This document shows, in pieces, positions 12,947 to 21,864 of a stretch of DNA of 64,000 nucleotides. A program made the translations under genes and the position numbers. Under the pieces are notes generated by a model. It made no database searches, was not told where the DNA came from, and saw only the letters and a program-made list of their open reading frames with translations. Numbering within the stretch: position 1 is the first letter of the stretch; every line of letters starts with the position of its first letter. Source of the stretch: Candidatus Eiseniibacteriota bacterium (lineage in GTDB: Bacteria > Eisenbacteria > RBG-16-71-46 > JABDJR01); assembly GCA_963762255.1 (NCBI GenBank), contig CAVXKA010000001.1, forward strand, positions 1,376,001 through 1,440,000. The letters run 5' to 3'.

Positions 12947-13327
12947 GGTGGTACCTCCGAAAACAATCTCGCGTGGTCCCGCATTCTGCGGGGGACACGC
13001 CGAGAACGTGGCGGGGCGATCCGTCGGGCATCATCCCCCAGCCGAGGTTCAGCGACAAGGGCGGGCGCCAGCCGGGGTACCCGGCCGCGCCAAGCCCCCC
13101 TGAAGAGCAAGATCCAAGCCCAAGCATGGCCCTAATTGCCCGGGCGGTTCGGGGGCTGTAGGCCATCCAGAAGCGGGGGAGGTGCGATCGGCGAGTGATC
13201 GTGTCGGCGATCCAAGGCCCTGGAGGGGCCTCTCGATGCCGCGGAAGCGGGAAGTGGGAATTTTGTGCAGGGTAAGAACTGCCCTTCTCGGAGGACGACT
13301 CCTACCCGACGCGATGGCGCTGGATGA

Positions 13328-13750
13328 TCACCGCCGCTCCTTCAGGTTGGTCCCGAAACCCACCCCGCGGAATCCTGCGTCGCGCACCAGGTCGAGGATA
13401 TGCACGACTTGGCCGTGCGGCACCGTTTCGTCCGCGTTCAGGGTGACCCGGCTTTCGGGGTTCTTGTCCACGATGGCCTTGAGACGAGCCTCCAAGTTGG
13501 CAGGGTCGACCGGCTCCCCGTTCAGAGTCACCGCGCCACCCTGACGGACGCCCAGGTCCACCGAGTGGGGTTGCGTGCCGGGGGCGGAGGTGGTCGAGTC
13601 GGGGAGATTGAGTTCCATCTCTCCCATTTGCCTGAACGTGCCGGTGACCATGAAGAAGATGAGGAACAGGAAGAGCACGTCGACTAGTGACGTGACGTTG
13701 AGCTGTAGCTGGTGGCGCGACTTCCGCTCACGGAAGATCATGCGGCTCAC
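13328..13750 (-). CDS. exbD: Biopolymer transport protein ExbD/TolR
   Basis: LNVTSLVDVLFLFLIFFMVT TM with the conserved Asp; ADETVPHGQVVHILD..RDAG. Confidence 0.9.
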   Translation of the reverse strand: MSRMIFRERKSRHQLQLNVTSLVDVLFLFLIFFMVTGTFRQMGEMELNLPDSTTSAPGTQPHSVDLGVRQGGAVTLNGEPVDPANLEARLKAIVDKNPESRVTLNADETVPHGQVVHILDLVRDAGFRGVGFGTNLKERR

Positions 13751-14370
13751 TGGCCGGCTCCGTCCGTGGTCTTGCGGCGGAGCCGGCTCACCAACTCGCT
13801 CGCGTGGGCTTCTATGCTGTTGACCAAACTCTCGGCTTTGGCTTCGAGCAAGTTATAGGCGACGAGGCTGGGAATCCCGATCCCCAACCCCACCGCGGTG
13901 GTGATCATGGCTTCGCTGATTCCCTCGGAGAGAACCTGGGCATTCCCCAGCCCCGCGACCGAAATCGCCGTGAACATCTTCATCATGCCGAGGACCGTGC
14001 CCATGAGTCCGAGGAGCGGCGCGGCCTGGGCCACGGTCTGGAGCCATACCAGGCGATCTTCCAGCCGGCTCGTCTCCTGGCGGCCCACGTCGAGCGTGGT
14101 GTCGCGCATGATCTCCCAGGGTTGGTCGGCGTTCTCGAGACCGGCCCGCATAATGTTCGCGAGCACGCCCGGATTGTTGCGGACCACTTCCAGCGCGACG
14201 CTCAAGTCCCGCGCCGGTCGCACCGCCTCCACCACCTCCACGATCTCGCGCGGGAGTACCTTGCTCCGCCTGAGCGCCAGCATCCGTTCGATGGTGATGA
14301 GGGATGCGACCAGACTGCATAAGCCGAGAGGGTAGATAAGGATGCCTGCCTTGGCGAAGAACTCGACCAT
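13747..14370 (-). CDS. exbB: MotA/TolQ/ExbB proton channel protein
   Basis: APLLGLMGTVLGM and GISEAMITTAVGLGIGIP motifs. Confidence 0.9.
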   Translation of the reverse strand: MVEFFAKAGILIYPLGLCSLVASLITIERMLALRRSKVLPREIVEVVEAVRPARDLSVALEVVRNNPGVLANIMRAGLENADQPWEIMRDTTLDVGRQETSRLEDRLVWLQTVAQAAPLLGLMGTVLGMMKMFTAISVAGLGNAQVLSEGISEAMITTAVGLGIGIPSLVAYNLLEAKAESLVNSIEAHASELVSRLRRKTTDGAGQ

Positions 14371-14414
14371 TCACGAACCTCCGTTCGGGCCGCGGCGTAC
14401 CGCGGTGGATGGGA

Positions 14415-15473
14415 TCAAGGACGGCCCCCGCGGCGGAAGGGCCGCTCGGGAGCCTGAACCTGACGGCGTTCCTGGAGCTGCCGCAGGTCCTGCCGCAAAT
14501 CCGGGTAGACGAGCCGAATCCGAAGAATGAGGGTCTTCTCCGGGAAGTCGGCGGGAAGCGGTTGGTAGGGCGCCATCGTCCGGAACGTGAGTTCGCTCGT
14601 CTGCACAAGCACGATGTCCCCCTCTTGTTGGAGGAGATCCATGCGGAGGAGCCTGCCGTCGGTGGCGATCTCCAATTCCAGGACGTGAGAGCCATGAATC
14701 ATGCCCATGCGATAGGCGTAGGGCGCGGACCAACGGCTGAGAAAGTCGCGGGTGAAGCGTTGGAGCCAGGGAGCGTACGGCCACGCCAGGGTGTTGAGGC
14801 TGATCCCGCCGGGCAGGAACACACCGCCATCGGGGTTGTACATCGCGTCCTGGAGGATGTCGTAGTTGGCGAGGGGCGATAGGAGTCGGAGCTTGTCCGG
14901 ATCCAAGCTGGCGGTGGGCGGACTTAGTTCCGACCGACGGATGTTCGGGTCTTTGTCAGCGGCGGTCCCCCGGGGGTCTTCCGTCGGAATCCCGTCCGCG
15001 TTCGTTTGAGGGGTCAGGTCCTTCTCGGTGAGTCGCGCCCCCTGCTCTGGAGGACGATGTTCTTCGGATCGAGCGGCCCCGCCCCCCGGGCTGAGCGCTA
15101 CGTGAGGGAAGTCCGAAGCTCCGGTCATCCGGGGCATGCCGGTGTCCTTCTCGCTCGCGTTCTCTTGGCGGGCCCGGCTGGTGATGTTGCTCAAGAGGTC
15201 GGCATGGTCGGGAGCCTGGTCCTCGCGGTCGGGTGGGAGTTCGGTGAAGGCCGTGGGTTGATCCGCGTCGGGAGCCTGCTTGGGTTCGGAAATCGGCTTC
15301 GGTGTGAACACGAAGTCGATGGGGGCAGCGTAGCGGGCCTCGACCGGCCGAGGGGCGAGAGGGCGGGCAACGTAGATACCGCCCAGGATCAGAGCGTGAA
15401 GTATGAGGGTCAGCACCGCGGAGACGATCCACGCCCCGCGTTGGTTTCCCCGCTCTCGCGTCCGGCTGGTCAA
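14415..15473 (-). CDS. TonB/TolA-like energy transducer
   Basis: N-terminal TM with S-x6-H (SAVLTLILHA), Pro-rich linker, C-terminal TonB_2-like domain (APYQPLPADF); directly upstream of exbB-exbD. Confidence 0.7.
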   Translation of the reverse strand: MTSRTRERGNQRGAWIVSAVLTLILHALILGGIYVARPLAPRPVEARYAAPIDFVFTPKPISEPKQAPDADQPTAFTELPPDREDQAPDHADLLSNITSRARQENASEKDTGMPRMTGASDFPHVALSPGGGAARSEEHRPPEQGARLTEKDLTPQTNADGIPTEDPRGTAADKDPNIRRSELSPPTASLDPDKLRLLSPLANYDILQDAMYNPDGGVFLPGGISLNTLAWPYAPWLQRFTRDFLSRWSAPYAYRMGMIHGSHVLELEIATDGRLLRMDLLQQEGDIVLVQTSELTFRTMAPYQPLPADFPEKTLILRIRLVYPDLRQDLRQLQERRQVQAPERPFRRGGRP

Positions 15474-15513
15474 CTGGATTCCCTTCGGTCCATCGCAGGT
15501 CCCGCGCCCGCGT

Positions 15514-15810
15514 CTATTCGATGCCGAACCGCTTGAGCTTCTCGTAGAGGGTCCGCAGGCCGATGCCGAGTTCCTCGGCGGCGCGCCGGCAATTCCCGCC
15601 TACATCGGCCAGCACGCGACGGATCGCCTCTTCCTCGATCTCCGCCATGGTCTGCGCGCAGCGCTTCCCTTTGGAAGAAACACCGATTCCATCGTCCATG
15701 TCCGCGCCGTGGACCGTGATCTGCTGATCCTCAAAGTGCGTAATGGCGCCGTCCCCCTCCGCATTCTGGGCGTCGATCGCGACATGGGGACTCTCATCCG
15801 CAGGAAGCAT
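15514..15810 (-). CDS. Stand-alone Fis-type HTH (HTH_8) protein
   Basis: C-terminal EEEAIRRVLADVGGNCRRAAEELGIGLRTLYEKLKRFGI. Confidence 0.65.
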   Translation of the reverse strand: MLPADESPHVAIDAQNAEGDGAITHFEDQQITVHGADMDDGIGVSSKGKRCAQTMAEIEEEAIRRVLADVGGNCRRAAEELGIGLRTLYEKLKRFGIE

Positions 15811-16016
15811 GCCGAGGCTCTCCGACCGGTTTGATGAGGGTTCAGGGGTTCGGCAGGGTGGGGAAGCTGCCGAAACCGCAGGAGGACTGCGGAATCGGTA
15901 GGTCGCGGGGATCCTCCTCGCCGGCTGACCTGTAGAATACGGATCAGGCGATCGGTGGACATCGCAGGCCGTTCGTCATTTCATCACATCATCGACCCCC
16001 GAAAGGAAATGCAATC

Positions 16017-16463
16017 ATGCCGACCAACACCATTCAGCTTCACCGCGTGCTGCGTGCGACGCCCGAGAGAGTCTATCGGGCGTTCCTGGATCCCGACGCC
16101 ATGGCCAAGTGGATTCCGCCGAATGGATTCACCGGGAAGGTCCACCAGATGGATGCCAGGGTGGGCGGCACCCACAGGATGTCGTTCACGAACTTCAGCA
16201 CCGGGAAGAGCGACTCGTTCGGCGGCAAGTACATCGAGCTGGTGCCGAACGAGCGCATTCGCTACACGGACGCGTTCGACAACCCGAACCTGCCCGGGGA
16301 AATGCAGGTGACCGTGACCTTCAAGAAGGTATCCGTCGGAACCGAGTTGACCATCGTGCAGGAGGGCGTGCCCGACGTCATTCCCCCCGAGGCCTGCTAT
16401 CTAGGCTGGCAGGAATCGCTCGTGCTTCTGGCGAAGCTCGTCGAGGCGGATATTCCGGATTAG
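16017..16463 (+). CDS. SRPBCC/AHSA1 family protein
   Basis: LHRVLRATPERVYRAFLDPDAMAKW...DARVGG...YLGWQESL; RBS AAGGA upstream. Confidence 0.9.
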   Translation: MPTNTIQLHRVLRATPERVYRAFLDPDAMAKWIPPNGFTGKVHQMDARVGGTHRMSFTNFSTGKSDSFGGKYIELVPNERIRYTDAFDNPNLPGEMQVTVTFKKVSVGTELTIVQEGVPDVIPPEACYLGWQESLVLLAKLVEADIPD

Positions 16464-17582
16464 GGCGGGGCAGGGTCGTCAGGATCCGCCAGACGGTAGC
16501 TCGTGCTTCTCCCGCCGCCGGGATTCTTGACGAGGATACCTCGCTCCAGCAGCTCGCGGATGTCGCGGAGCGCCGTGTCGGTTGAACACTTGGCGAGCTT
16601 GGCGTACTTCGAAGTGGTGAGGTGGCCCTTGAACTCGTCCAGCATGCGATTGATGACGTCTCGCTGGCGATCGTTGATCGGGCCGCGGTTGATTCGCTGC
16701 CAGAGCTCGGCCTTGTGGAGCACGGAGCCCAGCGTCTCTTGAGCATCCTCGATGGTGCGATCGAGACATGCGAGAAACCATGCCAGCCATCCGGTGATGT
16801 CGAGGCCGCCGCGCTGCGTGGATTCGAGTTGATGGAAGTACTCCTTCCGCTCCCTCTCGATCCCCGAGGACATGCTGTAGAAACGGTCCTTCGTCCCGTC
16901 CGCACGCGATAGCGCCATGTCGGCGATTGCCCGCGCGATCCGGCCATTGCCGTCGTCGAAGGGGTGAATCGTCACGAACCAGAAGTGGGCGACTCCAGCC
17001 TTCAGCACCGGATCCACCTCGCAAGGGCCGTTGAACCACTCGAGGAATCTTTGCATTTCGGATTCGACGCGCTCGGCTGCAGGCACTTCGAAGTGCACGC
17101 GCTCGCGACCCATGGGGCCGGAGACGACCTGCATGGGACCGGCGTCCGCGGTTCGCCACGCTCCTACAGTGATCCGATGCATGCCGCTGCGTCCTGTCGG
17201 AAGCAGAGCGGCATGCCAATCCAGGAGGCGCGTCTTCGTGAGTGGGGCGTCGAAGTTGCGCGTGGCATCGAGCATCATCTCGACGACGCCTTCGACTTGC
17301 CGGCTCGGTTCGGGCAAGCCCGCGATGGGGAGTCCCAGCCGCCGCGCGATCGACGAACGGACTTCTTCGGGGTTGAGGTGCTCCCCTTCGATTGCCGAGG
17401 ACTTGACGACCTCGTTCGTGAGCGCGGTCAGGCCGGCCTCCGCACGCAGATCGAATCCGAGGGCGCCCATTCTTCCCAGGTGTTTGCCCTGTTTGTGGCG
17501 CACGGCGGCCAGAGCCCCCGAGAGGGCCCCGCTGTCCCATGTCGAACTCCGGCCATCCGGGCCGCTCGTGAATGTAGATCAT
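16460..17582 (-). CDS. Fic family protein (DUF4172-Fic-wHTH), frameshift near 17540
   Basis: N-terminus MIYIHERPGWPEF, then the frame of ORF 16460-17503 with SSAIEGE, the Fic motif HPFDDGNGRIAR and a C-terminal wHTH (TALRDIRELL...GGRSTSY). Confidence 0.9.
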
Positions 17583-17642
17583 AATCGCCGCATCTCCTGC
17601 GGTGATTATCGGTCGTATTCACCGCATGTCAAGCGGTGAATA
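17581..17642 (-). promoter_or_regulatory. Sigma70 promoter of fic overlapped by two related inverted repeats (putative operators)
   Basis: Minus strand TTGACA(17632-17627)-N16-GATAAT(17610-17605); IRs ATAATCGCCGCA-N5-TGCGGTGATTAT (17581-17609) and TATTCACCGC-N7-GCGGTGAATA (17616-17642). Confidence 0.65.
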
Positions 17643-17712
17643 GGTGCTTGGATCGCCGCAGACGGCCTTGGGGGATTCGGACCCATCTCGGCGGGAGGTC
17701 CTCCAGGAAAGC

Positions 17713-17746
17713 AAGAGCCCCCATCCCACCTGGGGATAGGGGCTCT
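17713..17746 (-). terminator. Hairpin terminator, probably the original tRNA-fMet terminator displaced by integration
   Basis: AGAGCCCCCATCCC...GGGATAGGGGCTCT stem a few bp beyond the duplicated tRNA 3' end, followed on the minus strand by TTGCTTT. Confidence 0.65.
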
Positions 17747-17753
17747 CAACGGT

Positions 17754-17765
17754 TGGTAGCGGGGG
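17754..17765. repeat. att core, left copy: duplicated 3' end of tRNA-fMet
   Basis: TGGTAGCGGGGG, identical to 50339-50350. Confidence 0.9.
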
Positions 17766-17865
17766 CGTACTTTGGAGCTATTCATAACATCCTTGGGGAT
17801 CGCCTCAAGCGAACCGTTGTGATCCCCCGCCGGACTTCCCGGTCCGGCCCGCAAAGTACCCCCAG

Positions 17866-17970
17866 ACCATCGTCACCATCGTCACTTTCCCGTAACCGAA
17901 AGGATGGTGGCTAGATGCGTATGACGATCCTCAATTCCCGTACCGTCACCTACCCGCCGAGGACCGTCAC
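17866..17970. repeat. Iteron-like CGTCAC cluster, left
   Basis: ACCATCGTCACCATCGTCAC (17866-17885), ATGACGATCCT (17921-17931), ACCGTCAC (17942-17949), GGACCGTCAC (17961-17970). Confidence 0.6.
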
Positions 17971-18802
17971 TCGGCAAGCGAGGAGGCGATCCGGGAAGGG
18001 CCTTCAGTCTCGGGTTCACCGTTGGTGGAACCCCGGCCGCATTGTGCTCATGGCTATTGCTGTCCCAGTCCTCGCCGTTGCGCTCATGCCGGAGGCGGCG
18101 CAAGGGATCGTCATCCCGGCCCCGGTCAGGACGCGGGTGACCTGGTCGACGAGCCGCGCCGACACAACCAAGGTCAAGGTGACGTTCCTCTCGGAGGCCG
18201 AGCCGACCACCGGCAAGAACGGCGACCCGAACGGGATATACATCGCGGACCCCGCATCGAGCGCATCCCAACGCGCGGGGCTCATCTCCTGGGCCGAGTC
18301 TATCCCGGACTCCGTCCCGGCCACGTTCACGCGGGCCACGTTGACGCTGTACAGGCTCAACGCCACCGATGCTCCCGCCGTCTACGACACCCTCGAGATT
18401 GCCCCGGTGACCATCACTTGGAACGAGGCGAAAGCGACCTGGCTCAGCCGCGCAACGGGGAAGATTTGGTCGACGCCGGGCGGAGATGTGGACACCTCCC
18501 TTGCAGTGGTCATCCGGGCGGAGGACATCCCCAACCTCTGCTCCGGTGCTGTCGACTCCGCGGTGGTCCTCGACATCACCCCGATCGTTACTGCTTGGCG
18601 CGATCACGCAGTGGGCTCGTTCGGAGTGCGACTGGCATGGAAGGGCATGGGCGCTCCGGCGATCCGGTTCCACGACAACTCCGCCCCTGAAGCCCTGCGG
18701 CCGGCGCTCACCATCGAGACCATCACGATCCGACGGCCAAGAGTCATCGGTCTGATCCGGCGGAGGGTCGGGCCCATCGGGGGGTGGGTGCGCCATGGAT
18801 AG
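17915..18802 (+). CDS. DNRLRE-domain (CBM96-like) protein, possibly exported
   Basis: RATLTLY, WNEAKATW..RATGKIWSTPGGD, LDITPIVTAW, RPALTI pattern; hydrophobic segment near the N-terminus; start uncertain. Confidence 0.65.
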   Translation: MRMTILNSRTVTYPPRTVTRQARRRSGKGLQSRVHRWWNPGRIVLMAIAVPVLAVALMPEAAQGIVIPAPVRTRVTWSTSRADTTKVKVTFLSEAEPTTGKNGDPNGIYIADPASSASQRAGLISWAESIPDSVPATFTRATLTLYRLNATDAPAVYDTLEIAPVTITWNEAKATWLSRATGKIWSTPGGDVDTSLAVVIRAEDIPNLCSGAVDSAVVLDITPIVTAWRDHAVGSFGVRLAWKGMGAPAIRFHDNSAPEALRPALTIETITIRRPRVIGLIRRRVGPIGGWVRHG

Positions 18803-18868
18803 CGACCGCCAACAACGCCGAACGACCCGCGACCGGAGCCACGAGTCGTCGGCGGGAGCCGATGGCGA

Positions 18869-19363
18869 CTACTTCGCCCGCGCGTCGATGAGGCGCTGCA
18901 GGGCGTCGATGTCCCCGCGAGCGGCGGCGGCCACGAGGGTCCGCACGAACTTGCTGGCCTTCCCCGGCCCTGCGGCCTTGTGGATGGCGTCGCGCTCCTC
19001 AGGCGTCAACCTGAACGCGAACACCACCAGGTCTTCCGTCGGTTCCGGCGTGGTGCCGTCCGTGGGCGCGTCGGAGGCGGTGGGGGCGACGACCGAGAGG
19101 CCCCGCGTCTTCGTGCCCGTGGGCTCGGGTCCGTCTGCGTCGTGCGCGTGTTGTGCGGCGACCGCCGCCGCCTCGGGGTGCCCCTCGCTCGCCAGGAACT
19201 CGGCGACGGTGGGCTTCGGGTCGGTGGAGGCGTCCACCTTCTGGATGCCGTCCTTGGTGACGAGCAGTTCGACGGTGGCCTCCGTCTCCGCCTGCTCGCG
19301 TGCCTTCTTCTCACGGGCCTGCCGGGCCTGGGTCATCGTCTCGTCGATCCGCTTCTTGCTCAT
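18869..19363 (-). CDS. Hypothetical protein with C-terminal ribbon-helix-helix-like domain
   Basis: VVFAFRLTPEERDAIHKAAG...ASKFVRTLV strand-helix-helix pattern; RBS GGAGG; divergent from the methylase-terminase operon. Confidence 0.55.
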   Translation of the reverse strand: MSKKRIDETMTQARQAREKKAREQAETEATVELLVTKDGIQKVDASTDPKPTVAEFLASEGHPEAAAVAAQHAHDADGPEPTGTKTRGLSVVAPTASDAPTDGTTPEPTEDLVVFAFRLTPEERDAIHKAAGPGKASKFVRTLVAAAARGDIDALQRLIDARAK

Positions 19364-19447
19364 GGTCTCTACCTCCTGTGTGCGGCCGGGCTTCATGTCC
19401 GGCGCATCACAAGGAGTCCGCTGTTGCAGAGAGGAATCCACTGAATA

Positions 19448-20650
19448 ATGCGATCCACCAGAACAACGCCTCACCATCGCAAGCTTCACCTATGGTCGGC
19501 CCTGCCTCCGTATTTGGGCGGGAAACGACGCCTTTGTCCGACGATCTTCCGCGAAGTGGACCGGATCGTGCCAAGGCGCCACTGGCCCGGACTCACGTTC
19601 CTGGACGGGTTCCTGGGTGGCGGGTCGGTCTCTCTGTACGCCAAAGCGCAGGGCTTTCGCGTGGTGGCCACCGACATCGCCGCGCGCTCTATCGCCATTG
19701 GGCAAGCCTTGATCGAGAACAGCAGGGTGCGGCTCACGCACGAGGATGTGCTGCGGCTGGCCAAGGATGACGGCGCGGCACCGGGCCGAGTCGAGTCGGA
19801 GTACTCGCCGTCCACGTTCACGCAGACCCAAGCGCGGTTCCTGGATCGCGCACTGCGCATCGCGGATGCCACCGAGGACACGGCGAAGGCGGCGCTCATC
19901 CGGTTGCTCGCCATCCGGATCGCTCTCCTGGCCCATCCGATGTCTCAGATCCGCAAGGGAACCATCCACCGGTTGACCACGGGCGAGTACGAGGGCATCA
20001 CCGAGAGCTGCGTCTACCACTTCGTCGACGGGCTCCGGCTAACCCGTCCTGCGAAGTTGTGGGAGCTGGCACAGTTGATCAATGGCGGTGTGTTCCAAGG
20101 GGAAGGGCGGGTGATTCAGCAGAGCGTGTTCGAGGCGCTGCCCACGATCGACGCCGCCATACTGTACGGCGATCCGCCATATCCGGGAGTCATGAGCTAC
20201 GAGAAAATTTATGGCGTCCTCGACGAGATCCTGGAGGGCAGTTCGCGCCCGACCAGTCCGTTCACCGCCAAGGACGGGGCCGGGATGCTCGACTCGCTCT
20301 TCGAGGCCGCCACCCACATCCCGGTCTGGGTGCTCTCGCTCGGCAACGCCGTGGTCGGCATCGAAGAACTCGAATCCAAGATGGCCCGGCTCGGCCGGCA
20401 GACCCGCGCCATCGAGATCGCTTACCAGCACTTGCCGGCGGTGGCGACCGCCGAGAAGAAGGCGACCAACAAGGAGTTCCTGGTCGTCGGCTGGGACGAA
20501 AGCGCTGTGGAGCGCATTGCCGCTTCCCGAGCAGATGTTCACGTGACCACTCCAGTCAGCAAACAAGCGGCGAAGCGGCGGAAAGCGCTGCCCAAGCGCT
20601 CCCGAAGCGCTGTTGCCCTCACGTCCGGAAAGGAGAACGCCCGTGGCTGA
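19448..20650 (+). CDS. DNA adenine methyltransferase (D12/Dam-like class)
   Basis: PYLGGKRRL, FLDGFLGGGSVS (SAM binding), YGDPPY (catalytic), KEFLVVG. Confidence 0.85.
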   Translation: MRSTRTTPHHRKLHLWSALPPYLGGKRRLCPTIFREVDRIVPRRHWPGLTFLDGFLGGGSVSLYAKAQGFRVVATDIAARSIAIGQALIENSRVRLTHEDVLRLAKDDGAAPGRVESEYSPSTFTQTQARFLDRALRIADATEDTAKAALIRLLAIRIALLAHPMSQIRKGTIHRLTTGEYEGITESCVYHFVDGLRLTRPAKLWELAQLINGGVFQGEGRVIQQSVFEALPTIDAAILYGDPPYPGVMSYEKIYGVLDEILEGSSRPTSPFTAKDGAGMLDSLFEAATHIPVWVLSLGNAVVGIEELESKMARLGRQTRAIEIAYQHLPAVATAEKKATNKEFLVVGWDESAVERIAASRADVHVTTPVSKQAAKRRKALPKRSRSAVALTSGKENARG

Positions 20651-21317
20651 ATCCATGATCGACAAACGAGTCGGTGCCAGGATGATCCCGATCGATGACC
20701 TGGTTGCCCATCCGCTCAACAGCAACCAGATGCCCGAGGACTTGCGCGAGAAGCTCAAGGTTCACATCGGACGAACGGGACGGTATCCATTCTTGGTGGT
20801 TCGTCCCCATCCAGACGAACCCGGCAAGTTCCAGGTGTTGGACGGCCATCACCGCGTTGCCATCCTCAAGGAGTTGGGTCACCGCGAAGCCCGGTGCGAC
20901 GTGTGGGATGTGGATGACCGGGAGGCGAAGCTGCTGCTGGCCACCTTGAACCGCCTCCAGGGTCAGGACCAACCCATGCGGCGGGCGCAGTTGATCCACG
21001 AGTTGCTCGGCGAGATGAGCGTGGACGATCTGGCCGGACTGCTGCCCGAGACAGACAAGCAGTTGGAGGAACTCCACGCGCTCTTGGAGTTCCCTGCCGA
21101 GGAGATCGCCGCGCTGTTGGAGGCCGAAGCCGAGGAGGCCGAGAAGGTCTTGCCTCGGGTGATCTCGTTCGTCGTCACCCCCGAGCAGGAGACCTTGATC
21201 GAGCAGGCAGTCGAACTCGCCTCCGACGGCACCCCCGGTCGGGACCGGAAGGCCAAGGGTCTCGCCAACCTCGCCACCCACTTCATGGAGAACCACGATG
21301 ACCATCCCGCGTCGTAA
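20643..21317 (+). CDS. ParB/Srx N-terminal domain protein
   Basis: IPIDDLVAHPLNSN, PFLVVRP, FQVLDGHHRV, LNRLQG. Confidence 0.85.
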   Translation: MAESMIDKRVGARMIPIDDLVAHPLNSNQMPEDLREKLKVHIGRTGRYPFLVVRPHPDEPGKFQVLDGHHRVAILKELGHREARCDVWDVDDREAKLLLATLNRLQGQDQPMRRAQLIHELLGEMSVDDLAGLLPETDKQLEELHALLEFPAEEIAALLEAEAEEAEKVLPRVISFVVTPEQETLIEQAVELASDGTPGRDRKAKGLANLATHFMENHDDHPAS

Positions 21318-21864
21318 GGTTCGTGAAGAAGCTCGCCGGCTGTACTTGGCCGGGGAGGCGTCGTCCAACGCCGAGATCGCCGCTCGCCTTCGGGTCAAAC
21401 CTCACACCATCGGCAAGTGGCGGCGGGAGGAAGACTGGGATGGACTGCGGCTCAAGATCGACCGCCGCGCCGCGGAACTCTTCGTCGAGAAGATCGCCAC
21501 CGACAAGGTGACGCTCAACGTCCGCCATTACCGGTTCTGGGATCTGTTGGCCGCCCGGTTGGGTGAAGACCTCAAGCGCAACACCACGTTCGACATCCGG
21601 GATCTGGACCGGGTGGCGGGGATACTCGAGCGGGTGCAGAAGGGTCAGCGGTTGGCGAAGGGGCTCTCCACCTCGGGAGACAGCGAGGAGCAGATCCGAG
21701 CCAAGGCGGCCGCCGAGCAGCGGCATCTGGTGGATGTGTTCATCGAGGCGGTAAAAGAGAACGTCCCTGACGAGGAGACCCGGGACCGCATCCGCCGCTC
21801 GTTGATGGATGCCATGCCTGAAGAGGACGCGGTCGTGGATGAGGAACGGAGCGTGGCCGGATGA
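21298..21864 (+). CDS. Putative terminase small subunit (N-terminal HTH)
   Basis: REEARRLYLAG..SNAEIAARLRVKPHTIGKWRREEDWD HTH followed by a helical region; overlaps the start of the large terminase. Confidence 0.7.
   Translation: MTIPRRKVREEARRLYLAGEASSNAEIAARLRVKPHTIGKWRREEDWDGLRLKIDRRAAELFVEKIATDKVTLNVRHYRFWDLLAARLGEDLKRNTTFDIRDLDRVAGILERVQKGQRLAKGLSTSGDSEEQIRAKAAAEQRHLVDVFIEAVKENVPDEETRDRIRRSLMDAMPEEDAVVDEERSVAG

Noticed and set aside
15514-17650. Fis/SRPBCC/fic genes as part of the integrated element
   Set aside because: They lie outside the att core and beyond the displaced tRNA terminator; possibly older accessory DNA.
17866-17970. CRISPR array
   Set aside because: Repeats are short, irregularly spaced and in both orientations; no cas genes in the window.
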